NCBI GenBank assembly: GCA_963727485.1
Contig: CAVSGM010000002.1
Span: 448,001-512,000 of the forward strand
Reading direction: 5' to 3'
DNA: 64,000 nucleotides
DNA from: an uncultured delta proteobacterium
Lineage (GTDB): Bacteria > Myxococcota > Myxococcia > SLRQ01
The position numbers were made by a program, and so were the translations under genes. The notes under the pieces are model-generated. The model did no database searches. It worked only from the letters and a program-made list of their open reading frames with translations, and was not told where the DNA came from. This document shows positions 51,058 through 61,715 of the stretch, in pieces (within the stretch, counting starts at the first letter, position 1; each line of letters starts with the position of its first letter).

Positions 51058-53262
51058 ATGGACCTGCGTGCCCAGTCCGCGTTCCTCGCCGCCCTCGTCG
51101 CCGCGGTCCTCGCGGTCGCCGTGGCCCTGCGCGCCACCGAGCGCCGCCAGGCCCTGCTCTTCTCGCTCCTGGCGGGGAACCTCGCCCTCTTCCACCTCGC
51201 CGACTTCCTCGCCGCGGCGACCTCCCGGGAGCTGTTCACCCGGCTGATGCTCGCCGCCGGGGCCACCCTCCCCGCCACCGGCCACCGGTTCTTCCAGGCC
51301 TTCCTGGCGAGCCACGCGGTCTCCAGCGACCCCGGCGCCGGCAGCCGGGTCCTGTCCCGGCGCCTCACCCGCATCCTCTGGGGGGGCGCCGCCGCCGGCC
51401 TCGTCCTCGCCGTGACCCCCCTGGTGCGCCAGCCGGTGGTCCTGGGGGTGATGGTCGCCTACGTCATCGGCGCCTTCGCCCTGGTCTTCCACCACGTGTT
51501 CCAGCGCCGGGACACCACCCGCAGCCGCATCGAGCGGATGCGCCTGACCTACGTGGCGGTGGGCGGGATCATCGCCCTGGGCTTCGCCGTCCTCGGCTTC
51601 GTCCCCGGCCTCTCGGGCCTCTTCTCCGCGGTGGGCAACCTCGGGATCATCCTCTACCTCTACTTCCTCTCCCAGGCGATCCTCCGCCACCGCCTCCTCG
51701 ACCTCAACGAGCTGCTGGGCAAGATCGTCGTCCTCACCGGCCTGGCCCTGATCCTCACGGTGGTCTACGGGCTCATCCTCGCGGCGGTGGGCAACCGGCC
51801 GCCGCTGCTGCTGTTCAACCTCATCCTCGCCAGCGCCATCTTCCTCACCCTCTTCCCGCCGCTCCGGGGCCAGGCCGAGCGCCGGGTGATGGCCTGGCTC
51901 TTCGCCGAGCGCCACGAGCTCACCCAGGCCCTCGAGCGCCTGCGCCGGGAGCTGCCGGGCCTCATCGATCCGGGGACCTGCGCGGTGCGCATCCTCGATC
52001 GCCTCTACGACACCAACCGGGTCACCCACGCGAGCATGTACCTGCTCGCCGAGGACGGCACCGGCTACACCCTCCTCGCCGCCCGGGGCCCCGAGCCCCC
52101 GGCGTGGATCGACGCGGCGGCGCTGCGCGAGGTGGTCGAGTCCGCCGAGGGCGGGCAGAAGGCGGTGCTCCGCGAGACGGTGGAGCGCCGCCTCCAGGAG
52201 TCCCGGACCGCCCTCGAGGCCAAGGGCGCCGACGCCGGCCTCGAGGCCCCCGGCGGTCCCCCCGACGAGTCGCCCCACCTCGAGCGCCTCGAGGCGGCCC
52301 TGGAGCGGATGCACGCCGGGGTCACGGTGCCCCTGCTCTCGGGCACCCGGGTGGTGGGCCTCATCAACCTCCAGGACGAGCGGGTCTACGAGGCCTACTC
52401 CACCGAGGAGATCGCGGCGATCATCCTGGTCGCCGAGCTCGCCGCCACCGTGGTGGAGAACAGCCGGCTCTACCAGCAGATGAAGGAGCGCGACCGCCTC
52501 GCCGCCCTCGGCGAGATGTCCGCCGGCCTCGCCCACGAGATCCGCAATCCCCTCGGCGCCATCAAGGCCGCCGCCCAGTACCTCGAGCCCGAGAACCTCC
52601 CCGGCGACCAGGGCGAGTTCCTGGAGATCATCATCGAGGAGACCGACCGCCTCAACGGGGTGGTCAGCCAGTTCCTCGACTACGCGCGGCCCCTGAAGAC
52701 CGCGTTCGTGGCCAGCGACGTGGGCGACGTGGTGAGGAAGACGGTCCGCCTCCTCGAGCGCCGGGACATCCCCGAGGGCGTGGAGGTGACCCTCGACCTC
52801 GCCGACGGCCTCCCCCCGGTGGACGCCGATCCCGAGCAGCTGCGCCAGGTGCTCATCAACCTCACCCTCAACGCGGTGCAGGCCATGGAGGGCCAGGGCA
52901 CCCTCACCCTGCGCACCACCCTCGCCGCCGGCGCCGACGAGGCCGACGCCGAGGGGCCCCGCCGGGCCCGGGTGGAGATCCGGGTCCGCGACACCGGCCC
53001 GGGCATCTCCGAGGCGGTCCGCGAGAACCTCTTCATCCCCTTCTTCACCACCAAGGACCGGGGCACGGGCCTGGGGCTGCCCATCTGCCAGCGCATCGTC
53101 CGGAGCCACGGGGGCACCCTCGAGGTCCACAGCCGGCCGGGTCAGGGCGCCGAGTTCGTGGTCCGGCTCCCGGCGCGCCCCGCCCAGGCGACCGAGCCCA
53201 CCGCCGAGCCCGAGGCCGCCGCCGGGGGCGCCACCGTCGTGCCCTTCCGCCGCCGCGGCTGA
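51058..53262 (+). CDS. Membrane sensor histidine kinase (multi-TM, GAF-like, HisKA, HATPase)
   Basis: LAHEIRNPL, QVLINLTLNAVQAM, DTGPGI, FFTTK..GTGLGL. Confidence 0.92.
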   Translation: MDLRAQSAFLAALVAAVLAVAVALRATERRQALLFSLLAGNLALFHLADFLAAATSRELFTRLMLAAGATLPATGHRFFQAFLASHAVSSDPGAGSRVLSRRLTRILWGGAAAGLVLAVTPLVRQPVVLGVMVAYVIGAFALVFHHVFQRRDTTRSRIERMRLTYVAVGGIIALGFAVLGFVPGLSGLFSAVGNLGIILYLYFLSQAILRHRLLDLNELLGKIVVLTGLALILTVVYGLILAAVGNRPPLLLFNLILASAIFLTLFPPLRGQAERRVMAWLFAERHELTQALERLRRELPGLIDPGTCAVRILDRLYDTNRVTHASMYLLAEDGTGYTLLAARGPEPPAWIDAAALREVVESAEGGQKAVLRETVERRLQESRTALEAKGADAGLEAPGGPPDESPHLERLEAALERMHAGVTVPLLSGTRVVGLINLQDERVYEAYSTEEIAAIILVAELAATVVENSRLYQQMKERDRLAALGEMSAGLAHEIRNPLGAIKAAAQYLEPENLPGDQGEFLEIIIEETDRLNGVVSQFLDYARPLKTAFVASDVGDVVRKTVRLLERRDIPEGVEVTLDLADGLPPVDADPEQLRQVLINLTLNAVQAMEGQGTLTLRTTLAAGADEADAEGPRRARVEIRVRDTGPGISEAVRENLFIPFFTTKDRGTGLGLPICQRIVRSHGGTLEVHSRPGQGAEFVVRLPARPAQATEPTAEPEAAAGGATVVPFRRRG

Positions 53263-53324
53263 CGCCCGCGCCTCCGGGCCCCGGGATTCCCTCGCGCACC
53301 GGTTCGGCGGTACAACCGGGTCAT

Positions 53325-54741
53325 ATGTCCCGGGTCCTGGTGGTCGACGACGAGGCGAACATCCGCAAGGTGCTCGCCGCCCTCCTCAAGCGCGAGGGGC
53401 ACGACGCGGTGCTCGCCTCCGACGGCGCCGAGGCCCTCTCGACCCTCGAGGCCGAGAGCTCGGACATCGACGTGGTGGTCACCGACCTCAAGATGCCCCG
53501 GGTCGACGGCCTCACCGTCCTCCGCGAGGTCACCCGCCGCTACCCCGAGATCCCGGTCATCATGATCACCGCCCACGGCACCGTCGACACCGCGGTGGAG
53601 GCGATGAAGGCCGGGGCCTTCGACCTGCTGCAGAAGCCCTTCGAGCAGGAGGACCTGCGCGATCCTCCTCGGCAAGGCGGTGCGCACCCGGCAGCTCGCC
53701 CGGGAGGACGTCCACGGCGAGCCCCTCGAGGGGTCCCTGGCGCTCCTCGCCGGCAACTCCCCGTCGATGCGCGAGGTGGTCGACGTGGTCAAGCGCGTCG
53801 CCGACACCCCCTCCACCGTCCTCATCACCGGTGAGAGCGGCACCGGCAAGGAGCTGGTCGCCTCCGCCCTCCACGAGAGCTCCAGCCGCCGGGACAAGCC
53901 GTTCATCAAGATCAACTGCGCCGCCATCCCCCGGGAGCTCATGGAGGCCGAGCTCTTCGGCTACGAGAAGGGCGCCTTCACCGGGGCGGTGGCCTCCAAG
54001 CCCGGGCGCTTCGAGCTCGCCGACGGCGGCAGCCTCTTCCTCGACGAGATCGGCGAGATCCCCCCGGAGATGCAGGTCAAGCTCCTCCGGGCGCTCCAGG
54101 AGTCCCAGTTCGAGCGGGTCGGCGGCATCAAGACCCTCCACGTGGACGTGCGCCTCATCGCCGCCACCAACCGCGACCTCACCAAGGAGATCGCCGAGGG
54201 CCGCTTTCGCGAGGACCTCTTCTACCGCCTCAACGTGGTGCCCATCGTCCTGCCCCCGCTCCGGGCGCGCAGCGGCGACATCCCGCGACTGGTGGAGCAC
54301 TTCGTCACCAAGTACAACGAGCGCCTCGGCCGCCAGGTGGTGGCGGTGGAGGACGACGCCCTCGAGCTCCTCCGGGCCTACCCCTGGCCCGGGAACATCC
54401 GCGAGCTGGAGAACGTCATCGAGCGCACCCTCCTGTTCATGGACGGCGACCGCATCGAGGCCCGGGACATCCCCGAGCCGGTCCGGCATCGCGAGGGCGG
54501 CGACCGGCCCCAGGCCGACGTGGCGCACCTGGTGGGCGCCCTCGAGGCCGGGGGCTCGGCGTCGATGAAGGACATCGTCAAGCACGCCGCCCAGGAGCTC
54601 GAGCGCGACCTCATCGTGAGGGCCCTCGAGGCCACCGCCGGGAACGTCACCCAGGCCGCCCGGCGCCTCAAGATCAGTCGCAAGAGCCTCCAGTTGAAGA
54701 TGAAGGACCTCGGCCTCCGGGAGCCCCCGACCGAGCCCTAG
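53325..54741 (+). CDS. NtrC-family sigma54 response regulator (frameshift near 53660)
   Basis: Receiver VLVVDDE...TDLKMP...KPF, then [22 protein letters not shown] and an HTH in the next frame. Confidence 0.9.
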
Positions 54742-54787
54742 GCACCCTGGGGGACCGTCCCCTGCCGCCCGGGCCGGCACCGCTTTC

Positions 54788-54817
54788 TTGACGCGCGGGA
54801 TCCGTCGCTGCTATCAC
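54788..54817 (+). promoter_or_regulatory. Possible sigma70-type promoter for the OMP gene
   Basis: TTGACG-N18-TATCAC with a TGn extension, in an AT-richer intergenic gap. Confidence 0.4.
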
Positions 54818-54853
54818 CTCAAAATGACTAGGCTTTGGGAGGGAACCGGCCCG

Positions 54854-56206
54854 ATGATCCCCCGCCCCCCGATCGTCATCCTCGCAGCCCTCGCGGTCCT
54901 CGTGGCCGTCCCCGCGAAGCGCGCCCGCGCCGCGGAGATCACCGAGGTCGCCGACGCCGCCGATCCCGGCAACCCCTTCGACCTCCGCCTGGAGATCGGG
55001 TGGTCCCGGGACTTCGAGCAGGCGAAGATCACCCGGGAGAACCTGCAGGTCGACACGCGCACCGGCAAGTCGTCCATCGTCGACGTCACCGAGCTGCGCT
55101 ACCAGCAGGTCACCAGCACCCTGCTCCCCACCCTCCACGTCGGGCTCTACCACGACCTCGAGCTCCACGTGACCCTGCCCATCGTGCTCATGGACTACCA
55201 GACCTGGTGGCCCGCGGCGCTCTCGGGGCTCCCGGCGAACTCCACCATCCACAACGCCGGGGGCATCTGCGCCAACGGCACCGTGGACCCGAGCTGCGCC
55301 AAAGACCTCTTCCCCTTCACCAAGGGCAGCGGCAAGAACAACTCCTACCGCGGCGGCCTCGGCGACGGCACCCTGGGCTTCACCTGGGGCATCCTCAACC
55401 AGGACCGCGACAAGTGGGACCCGCGGTGGAACATCGGCGTCGACTGGACCTTCCCCTCCGGCGGGAAGCGCAGCCCCTACGACGTCTCCCACAGCGCCAG
55501 CGACCTCAAGCCGGTGGGCCACGAGAGCAACTACTTCACCTTCCACACCGAGCTCTCAAGGCGCCTGGGCGTCGTCGATCCCTACTTCAAGATGTGGTAC
55601 CGGCTGCCGGTCCCCACCCAGCGGGCGTTCAGCAACTGCGACTCGCCGGGCCGCCTGGCGGACATGGACACCACCCAGCCCGGCGTCCAGAACACCTGCA
55701 CCACCCAGAACAGCTACTGGGCCAAGAGCGGGAGCAACCACGCCGGCTACAAGCCCTCCCACACCGGCGGGGTCGACTTCGGCGCCGAGTTCGTCGCCTA
55801 CGACGACCCGGACGTCGACGTGAAGACCGCCATCGACGTGGGCTTCGGCGCCCAGTACGTCAGCGAGGGCCGGGTCTACTCCGAGCTCTCCGACGCCCTG
55901 GGCCGGCTCACCTACATCTCCGACTACGCCCACTTCTACGGGCACCTGGGGGTGCTGGTGAAGGCGTCGCAGTACGCCAAGTTCCACCTCACCGGCACCT
56001 TCGCCCACGACACGGCGCACATGCTCACCGACGAGAGCATCGGCAAGGACATGGACGGCTCCGGCCTCGTCGAGCTCTACAACAACAAGGTGAGCCCCGA
56101 GCGGAACCCCAACTACGACTTCCGCTGGGACCAGCCCGGGCGCCGCTTCCGCATCGAGGAGACCACCCACTTCACCCTGTGGATCTCCGGCGAGGTCGAC
56201 TTCTAG
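54854..56206 (+). CDS. Putative outer-membrane beta-barrel protein
   Basis: Signal peptide ending ARA, aromatic/Gly-rich alternating strands, and C-terminal LWISGEVDF. Confidence 0.65.
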   Translation: MIPRPPIVILAALAVLVAVPAKRARAAEITEVADAADPGNPFDLRLEIGWSRDFEQAKITRENLQVDTRTGKSSIVDVTELRYQQVTSTLLPTLHVGLYHDLELHVTLPIVLMDYQTWWPAALSGLPANSTIHNAGGICANGTVDPSCAKDLFPFTKGSGKNNSYRGGLGDGTLGFTWGILNQDRDKWDPRWNIGVDWTFPSGGKRSPYDVSHSASDLKPVGHESNYFTFHTELSRRLGVVDPYFKMWYRLPVPTQRAFSNCDSPGRLADMDTTQPGVQNTCTTQNSYWAKSGSNHAGYKPSHTGGVDFGAEFVAYDDPDVDVKTAIDVGFGAQYVSEGRVYSELSDALGRLTYISDYAHFYGHLGVLVKASQYAKFHLTGTFAHDTAHMLTDESIGKDMDGSGLVELYNNKVSPERNPNYDFRWDQPGRRFRIEETTHFTLWISGEVDF

Positions 56207-57072
56207 GGACGGGTGAGGGCCGCCTGGTAGAGGGCCCGGACCGGGTGGCCGGTCGCCTCGGCGACGGCCTTGCACGCGTCCTTGAGGCGCTCCCCCGCCG
56301 CCACCCGCTCGGCCACCTGGGCGACGGCGTCGGCGAGCGGCACCGCCTCCTCGGGCGCCCCCAGGCGCCCGGCGCCCTCGACCACCAGGGTGATCTCGCC
56401 CCGGGGGGCGTCGGCGTAGCGCTCGGCGAGCTCGGCGAGGGTGCCCCGGGCGACCTCCTCGTGGAGCTTGGTGAGCTCCCGACACACCGCCGCCCGGCGC
56501 CCGGGGCCAAGGGCCGCGGCGAGATCCGCCAGGGTCCCCGGGAGGCGCCCCGGGGCCTCGAGGAGGACCAGCGCCCCGGGCCAGGTGGCGGCGGCGGCGA
56601 GGAGGTCCCGGCGCCCCCGGCCCTTGCGCGGGAGGAAGCCGAGGAAGTGGAAGGTCGCCGTGTCGAGGCCGCTCACCGCCAGGGCGGCCAGCGCCGCGCT
56701 GGGGCCCGGGATGGGGATCACCCGGGCGCCCACCTCGAGGGCGGCGGCGACCACCTGGTGCCCCGGGTCGCTCACCGCGGGCATCCCGGCGTCGGTGACG
56801 AAGGCCACCTGTGCCCCCTCGGCGAGGTGGGCGGCGACCGGCTGGGCCCGGCGCGCCTCGTCGTGGGCGGGGACGGCGAGCAGCGGCTTGTGGATCTCGA
56901 AGTGGGTGAGGAGCTGCCGGGTCCGCCGGGTGTCCTCGCAGGCCACCGCGTCCACCGCGCGGAGCACCTCCAGGGCCCGCAGCGTGATGTCGCCGAGGTT
57001 CCCGATGGGCGTGGCCACGAGATAGAGGGTCCCCGGGCCGCCGGCCCCGCCCTGGCCCGGGTCCCGGCTCAC
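56203..57072 (-). CDS. rsmI: 16S rRNA C1402 2'-O-methyltransferase
   Basis: LYLVATPIGNLGDIT.RA, CEDTR, DAGMPAVSDPG, RELTKLHEE. Confidence 0.95.
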   Translation of the reverse strand: MSRDPGQGGAGGPGTLYLVATPIGNLGDITLRALEVLRAVDAVACEDTRRTRQLLTHFEIHKPLLAVPAHDEARRAQPVAAHLAEGAQVAFVTDAGMPAVSDPGHQVVAAALEVGARVIPIPGPSAALAALAVSGLDTATFHFLGFLPRKGRGRRDLLAAAATWPGALVLLEAPGRLPGTLADLAAALGPGRRAAVCRELTKLHEEVARGTLAELAERYADAPRGEITLVVEGAGRLGAPEEAVPLADAVAQVAERVAAGERLKDACKAVAEATGHPVRALYQAALTRP

Positions 57073-57485
57073 TGTCCCGCCTCGAAGGCCCCGGGGAAGT
57101 GGACAATCTCCTGGGCGTCGCCCTCCCCCACCACCGCGACCACGTCGAAGCGGATGTCCCGGCCCAGGTCGCCGTGGCGGGCGAGCCAGTGGCGCGCCGC
57201 CAGGACCACCCGGCGGATCTTGGTGGGGGTCACCGTCTCCTCCGGGCGCCCGCGGTCGGTGTCCATGCGGCTGCGGACCTCCACGAAGGCGAGGACGGTC
57301 TCGCTGGTGGCCACCAGGTCGAGCTCGCCACCGCGGACGGTGAAGTTCCGGTCGACGATGGTGAAGCCCCGGCCCTCGAGCCAGCGGCCCACCGCGGCCT
57401 CGGCGGCGTCGCCCGCGGCCCGGCGCTGGCTCGGCGGGCGACCCCGGCCGCGCCAGGGGCCCCCCGGGGGTCCCGGTGGCGTCAC
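57069..57485 (-). CDS. yraN: YraN/UPF0102 family protein
   Basis: G..AE......L...G..I..RN...GGELDLV, FVEVRSR, RFDVVAV. Confidence 0.9.
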   Translation of the reverse strand: MTPPGPPGGPWRGRGRPPSQRRAAGDAAEAAVGRWLEGRGFTIVDRNFTVRGGELDLVATSETVLAFVEVRSRMDTDRGRPEETVTPTKIRRVVLAARHWLARHGDLGRDIRFDVVAVVGEGDAQEIVHFPGAFEAGQ

Positions 57486-58216
57486 TCGGGGGCCTCGCCT
57501 TGGGCCACGGGCACCGGCGCCTCGGGGACCACGCCCCGGAAGCTCCGCCGGTGGATCGGCGACGGCCCGAGGGCGTCGAGGGCGTCCCGGTGGACCTGGG
57601 AGAGGTAGCCCTTGTGGTCGCCGAAGCGGTAGCCCGGGTAGGTGTCGTCGTAGGCGACCATCAGGGCGTCCCGGTGGACCTTGGCGACCACCGAGGCGGC
57701 GGCGATGCACACCGCCCGGCTGTCGCCCTTCACCAGGGTCTTCTGGACCGCCCCGGCCACCGGCGTGGGCTTCAGGGCCTGGTTGCCGTCGACCAGGAGG
57801 CAGTCCGGGGGGCCGTCCAGGGTCGCCTCCAGGGCCGCCACCGCCTGGCGCATGGCCTCGAAGGTGGCCTGGAGGATGTTGATGGCGTCGATGCGCTCGG
57901 GGCCCACCTCGCCGAGGCCCACGGCGCCGCCGGCGCGGATCCGGTCGGCGAAGGCCTCCCGGCGCCCGGCGGAGAGCTTCTTGGAGTCGGTGAGGCCGTC
58001 GGCGGCGAGGGCCCGCTCCAGGTCCTCCGGGAGCCACACCGCCGCGGCGACCACCGGCCCGGCCACCGGGCCCCGGCCCACCTCGTCGATGCCCACGATG
58101 CGGAGGTGGCCCCGGGCCCGGGCCCAGCGCTCGCCGAAGCCCATCTCGAAGTCGGGATCGGCGAGCCCGAACCCGAGCTGCCGCGTCCCCCGCGTCCCTC
58201 GCCCCCGGCCGGCCAC
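57482..58216 (-). CDS. rnhB: Ribonuclease HII
   Basis: GIDEVGRGPVAGPVVAAAV, DSKKL, VDG, KGD....IAAASVVAKV.RD, HRRSF. Confidence 0.95.
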   Translation of the reverse strand: MAGRGRGTRGTRQLGFGLADPDFEMGFGERWARARGHLRIVGIDEVGRGPVAGPVVAAAVWLPEDLERALAADGLTDSKKLSAGRREAFADRIRAGGAVGLGEVGPERIDAINILQATFEAMRQAVAALEATLDGPPDCLLVDGNQALKPTPVAGAVQKTLVKGDSRAVCIAAASVVAKVHRDALMVAYDDTYPGYRFGDHKGYLSQVHRDALDALGPSPIHRRSFRGVVPEAPVPVAQGEAPE

Positions 58217-58219
58217 GCC

Positions 58220-60325
58220 CTACCCCACCTGGTGGCTGGCGTCGGCGATGCCGGCCCACGCCGGGTCGGCGCTGTGGAGGATCACCTGGGCGGAGCCGGC
58301 GAGGAAGCGCAGCATCTTGCCCACCAGCTGCTTGCGCCCGGGGTCCAGCTCGTCGAAGCAGCTCTCGACCACCAGGGGCTGGGGCTCGACCTTCAGGGAC
58401 GCCTCGGCGAAGGCCAGGCGCAGGGCCAGGTAGACGAGATCCTGGTCCAGGGGCGAGAGCCGGGCCCAGGGCAGGACCCGGTTGCCCACCGCCGAGACCA
58501 GCGCCAGGCGCCGCTGGCCGTCGAACTGGAGGCCCACGTAGGCCTTGTTGGTGAGGGCGGCGAGGTACTGGCCCGGGCGCTCCCCGAGGCCCGCGGCGGC
58601 GGTCTCGGCGTCGGCGTGGAGGACGTCGGCGAGGCGCGCGAGGAGCACCGGGCCCGGATCCGGGGCGCTGGGGACGTCGGCCCCGGCGCCCGCGTCGAAG
58701 GAGCCGCCACCGAGGGCGCCAAAGGTCGGATCCCCGGCGTCCCCGGCGGCCGCCTCCGGTGCCGGCTCCGGCGCGGGCGGATCGGGCTCCCCGCGCTCGG
58801 CCCGGGCGATGGACGCCTCGAGGGACTCGATGTCGCGCACCAGGTCGCCGGGGTCCTGGCCGTAGCCCCCGCTCCCGGCGAGCTGCTGCTCGAGGGCGGT
58901 GATCTCGTCGGCGATCTTCGCCCGCTCGGCCTCGGTGGCCTGGTGCTCGCTGTCGCCGGCGGCCTGGGCGAGGCGCGCGGCGGCCTCGTCCCGGAGGGCC
59001 TTGGCCTTGTTCCGCTGCCCGTAGCGCTCGAGGACCGCCGCCGGCGAGCTGACGCCCAGGTCCTTCATCACCTTGCGGACGGTGACCGTCTCCAGCTCGA
59101 ACTGGCGCCGCACCTTGGCCGCCCGCTCCTCGAGGCTCCCGGCGCGGCCCGAGAGGCCCTCGTGGTGCTCCCGGGCCCCGAGCCACTGGAGGAGGACGAA
59201 GCCCGCGGCCCCGAGGGCCACCGGATCGAGGAGGGCCACCCACCGGAGCCCGGGGATCGCCACCGCGGCGGCGGTGAGCGCCAGGAAGCCCCCGACCCCT
59301 CCGAGGAGGACCGGGTGCTTCGTCGGCGGCTCCGGGGGCAGGGCCAGGCGCTCGCCGAGGGTGTCCCGCTCGCCCTCGAGGCGCCCGAGGGTCTGCTCGA
59401 GCTTGCCGGCGAGGTAGGCGTACTCCTTGGCCCGGGCCTCGAAGTCGCCGGGGAGGCTCTCGAGGTCCCCGAAGCCGGCGAGGGACTCGTCGAGGCGGTC
59501 GACCTCGCCCTGGAGGCGCCGGGTCTCCTTGAGCTGCTCGTCGAGCTGGAAGGCCCGGTTCTGGAGGCCGTCGAGCTTGAACTGGGTCTCGTCGATGGTG
59601 TCGGCGGCGGCCTTGGCCTGCTGGAGGACCTCGAGCTTCTTGCGCTTCTCCTCGAGGGACAGGTGGCCGAAGGCGTCCCCCCCGGCGGCCGGGGCCACGG
59701 CCGGGGCGTCGCCCTGGTAGCCGGGGAAGCCGGGGCCCCCGCCGGGATCGCCGCCCTGGTACCCGGGGAAGCGGTTGGTGGCGGCGGCGTTCATCCCGGC
59801 GCCGTGGATGCCCCCGGCGCCGGCCGGGGGCCTGGGGAAGCCCTTGGCGCCCCCCGGCGCCTCCACCGGGGCCTGGGCCGACGCCTCGGCGGGCTGGCGG
59901 CTCGGGAGCCCGTCGGCGGCGAAGGCGAAGAGGTCCTGGAAGAGGTCCTCGCCGGGGACGCGCACCTGGCTGCGCAGGTACTGGCCCACCTCGGCGGCCC
60001 TTGCCGAGACCGGGAGGAACTTCTTCTGGGCGGCGTCCCAGCGCAGCAGCTGCACCGCGCCGCTGGCGAGATCGCGGATGACCCGGTAGACGTTCCCGCC
60101 TCCGTCCTGGAGGGTCATGCCCAGGCGCGCGGTCTGGCTGCCGGGGGCGCGGAGGGACGCCGGCGGCTCGACCCCCTCGTGGTAGAGGGCGTGGGCCACC
60201 AGCCGTGCCAGGGGCATGGGACCGGCGGCGCCGGGGACCAGGCGGGTCACCCCAGGGCCGACCGCGGCCCGAAGGAGGCCGGGGCTGCCGGGGACGCCCT
60301 GGAAGACGAGCTCGAGGATGCGCAT
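58220..60325 (-). CDS. SMC/Rad50/YhaN-like coiled-coil protein with degenerate ATPase motifs and internal TM segments
   Basis: MRILEL..QG N-terminal head, long coiled coil with a hydrophobic hairpin, and C-terminal LS..DQDLVYLALRLA...PLVVESCFDELD. Confidence 0.6.
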   Translation of the reverse strand: MRILELVFQGVPGSPGLLRAAVGPGVTRLVPGAAGPMPLARLVAHALYHEGVEPPASLRAPGSQTARLGMTLQDGGGNVYRVIRDLASGAVQLLRWDAAQKKFLPVSARAAEVGQYLRSQVRVPGEDLFQDLFAFAADGLPSRQPAEASAQAPVEAPGGAKGFPRPPAGAGGIHGAGMNAAATNRFPGYQGGDPGGGPGFPGYQGDAPAVAPAAGGDAFGHLSLEEKRKKLEVLQQAKAAADTIDETQFKLDGLQNRAFQLDEQLKETRRLQGEVDRLDESLAGFGDLESLPGDFEARAKEYAYLAGKLEQTLGRLEGERDTLGERLALPPEPPTKHPVLLGGVGGFLALTAAAVAIPGLRWVALLDPVALGAAGFVLLQWLGAREHHEGLSGRAGSLEERAAKVRRQFELETVTVRKVMKDLGVSSPAAVLERYGQRNKAKALRDEAAARLAQAAGDSEHQATEAERAKIADEITALEQQLAGSGGYGQDPGDLVRDIESLEASIARAERGEPDPPAPEPAPEAAAGDAGDPTFGALGGGSFDAGAGADVPSAPDPGPVLLARLADVLHADAETAAAGLGERPGQYLAALTNKAYVGLQFDGQRRLALVSAVGNRVLPWARLSPLDQDLVYLALRLAFAEASLKVEPQPLVVESCFDELDPGRKQLVGKMLRFLAGSAQVILHSADPAWAGIADASHQVG

Positions 60326-60425
60326 GGCGGGCCGGGGAGAGGCCGGCCCAGTCTAGCGCAGATCCGCGTTGGGGCCGAAGCCCCGCGGTCCACGGCCCGG
60401 GCCGGCACCGCGGCCGGCCGCCGGA

Positions 60426-60863
60426 TCAGCTCTCGGCGGTCTCGGTCTCGGTCTCGGCCGGCTCGGCCGCGGCCTGGGGCCCGGCGCCCTCGGGGAGGGT
60501 CCGGGTCCGGTCGCCCACGGCCTCGGCACGCAGCCGCGCCCGCTTGCCCGAGAGCTCGCGGAGGTAGTAGAGGCGCGAGCGACGCACCCGGCCGGTGCTC
60601 ATGACCTCGACCTTCTCCACCCGCGGCGAGTAGAGCGGGAAGATGCGCTCGACGCCGACCCCGAAGGAGACCTTCCGGACGGTGAACGAGGCGCGGTTTC
60701 CGCCCCCGCGGATGCGGAGCACCACACCCTCGAAGACCTGGATGCGCTCCTTGTCGCCCTCGACGATCCGCTGGTGCACCCGCACGGTATCACCGGGGCG
60801 CAGCTCCGGGATCTCGGAGCGGAGGAACTTGTTCTCGATGAGCTGGATCGCCTTCTGACGCAT
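60426..60863 (-). CDS. rplS: 50S ribosomal protein L19
   Basis: [53 protein letters not shown]. Confidence 0.98.
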   Translation of the reverse strand: MRQKAIQLIENKFLRSEIPELRPGDTVRVHQRIVEGDKERIQVFEGVVLRIRGGGNRASFTVRKVSFGVGVERIFPLYSPRVEKVEVMSTGRVRRSRLYYLRELSGKRARLRAEAVGDRTRTLPEGAGPQAAAEPAETETETAES

Positions 60864-60895
60864 TGGAATCACCCTCTTGGCGGCGCGAGCGAGCG

Positions 60896-60924
60896 GATAT
60901 ACGGGGTCCCCGCCCGAAAATCAA
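60896..60924 (-). promoter_or_regulatory. Internal sigma70-type promoter upstream of rplS
   Basis: TTGATT-N17-TATATC overlapping the trmD stop codon. Confidence 0.5.
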
Positions 60925-61715
60925 GTCCCTGTCGGGTCGTCCTCGGGGCCCGGCGGGTCGCCTGGGGTCCCCTCCGCCTCGGCGTCGACCTCGGCGAGGG
61001 CTGCCCGGTCCGCGTCACCAAGCTCGAGGCGGGCCAGGAGGTCCGGCCGCCACCGCCGGGTGCGGGCCAGGGCCTGGTCCCGGCGCCACCGGGCGATGCG
61101 GGCGTGATCGCCCGAGAGGAGCACCGGGGGGACCGCCTCACCCCGGAACGCCGGGGGCCGGGTGTACTGGGGGTACTCCAGGAGGCCGTCCTCGAAGGAC
61201 TCGGAGGCGGTGGAGGCGGCGTTCCCCAGGACCCCGGGGACCAGGCGCGCCACGGCGTCGACGACACAGAGCGCCGCCGGCTCGCCTCCGGAGAGGACGA
61301 AGTCGCCCAGGGAGAGGGCGTCGTCGACGTGGGCCCGGACCCGCTCGTCGATCCCCTCGTAGCGGCCGCAGACCAGCACCAGGTGATCGACGTCGGCGGC
61401 CAGCGCCCGGGCGTCGGCCTGCCGGAAGACCCGGGCGGTGGGGGTCAGCAGGACCACCCGCAGGGTGGCCCCGGGGTCGGCCTCGGCCCGGGCGGCCTCG
61501 ATGGCGGCGACCACCGGCTCGGGCTTCATGACCATCCCCGCGCCGCCGCCGTAGGGCGCGTCGTCGCAGACCCGGTGCCGGCCCTCGGCGTAGTCCCGGA
61601 TGTCCCGGAGGCGGAAGTCGAGGTGGCCCGCCTCCCGGCCCTTGCCCAGGACGCTCTGCGCCAGCGGCGCCTCGAGCATCCCGGGGAAGAGGGTGAGGAT
61701 CTCGAAGCGCTTCAC
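60921..61715 (-). CDS. trmD: tRNA (guanine-N1)-methyltransferase
   Basis: [47 protein letters not shown]. Confidence 0.97.
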   Translation of the reverse strand: MKRFEILTLFPGMLEAPLAQSVLGKGREAGHLDFRLRDIRDYAEGRHRVCDDAPYGGGAGMVMKPEPVVAAIEAARAEADPGATLRVVLLTPTARVFRQADARALAADVDHLVLVCGRYEGIDERVRAHVDDALSLGDFVLSGGEPAALCVVDAVARLVPGVLGNAASTASESFEDGLLEYPQYTRPPAFRGEAVPPVLLSGDHARIARWRRDQALARTRRWRPDLLARLELGDADRAALAEVDAEAEGTPGDPPGPEDDPTGT

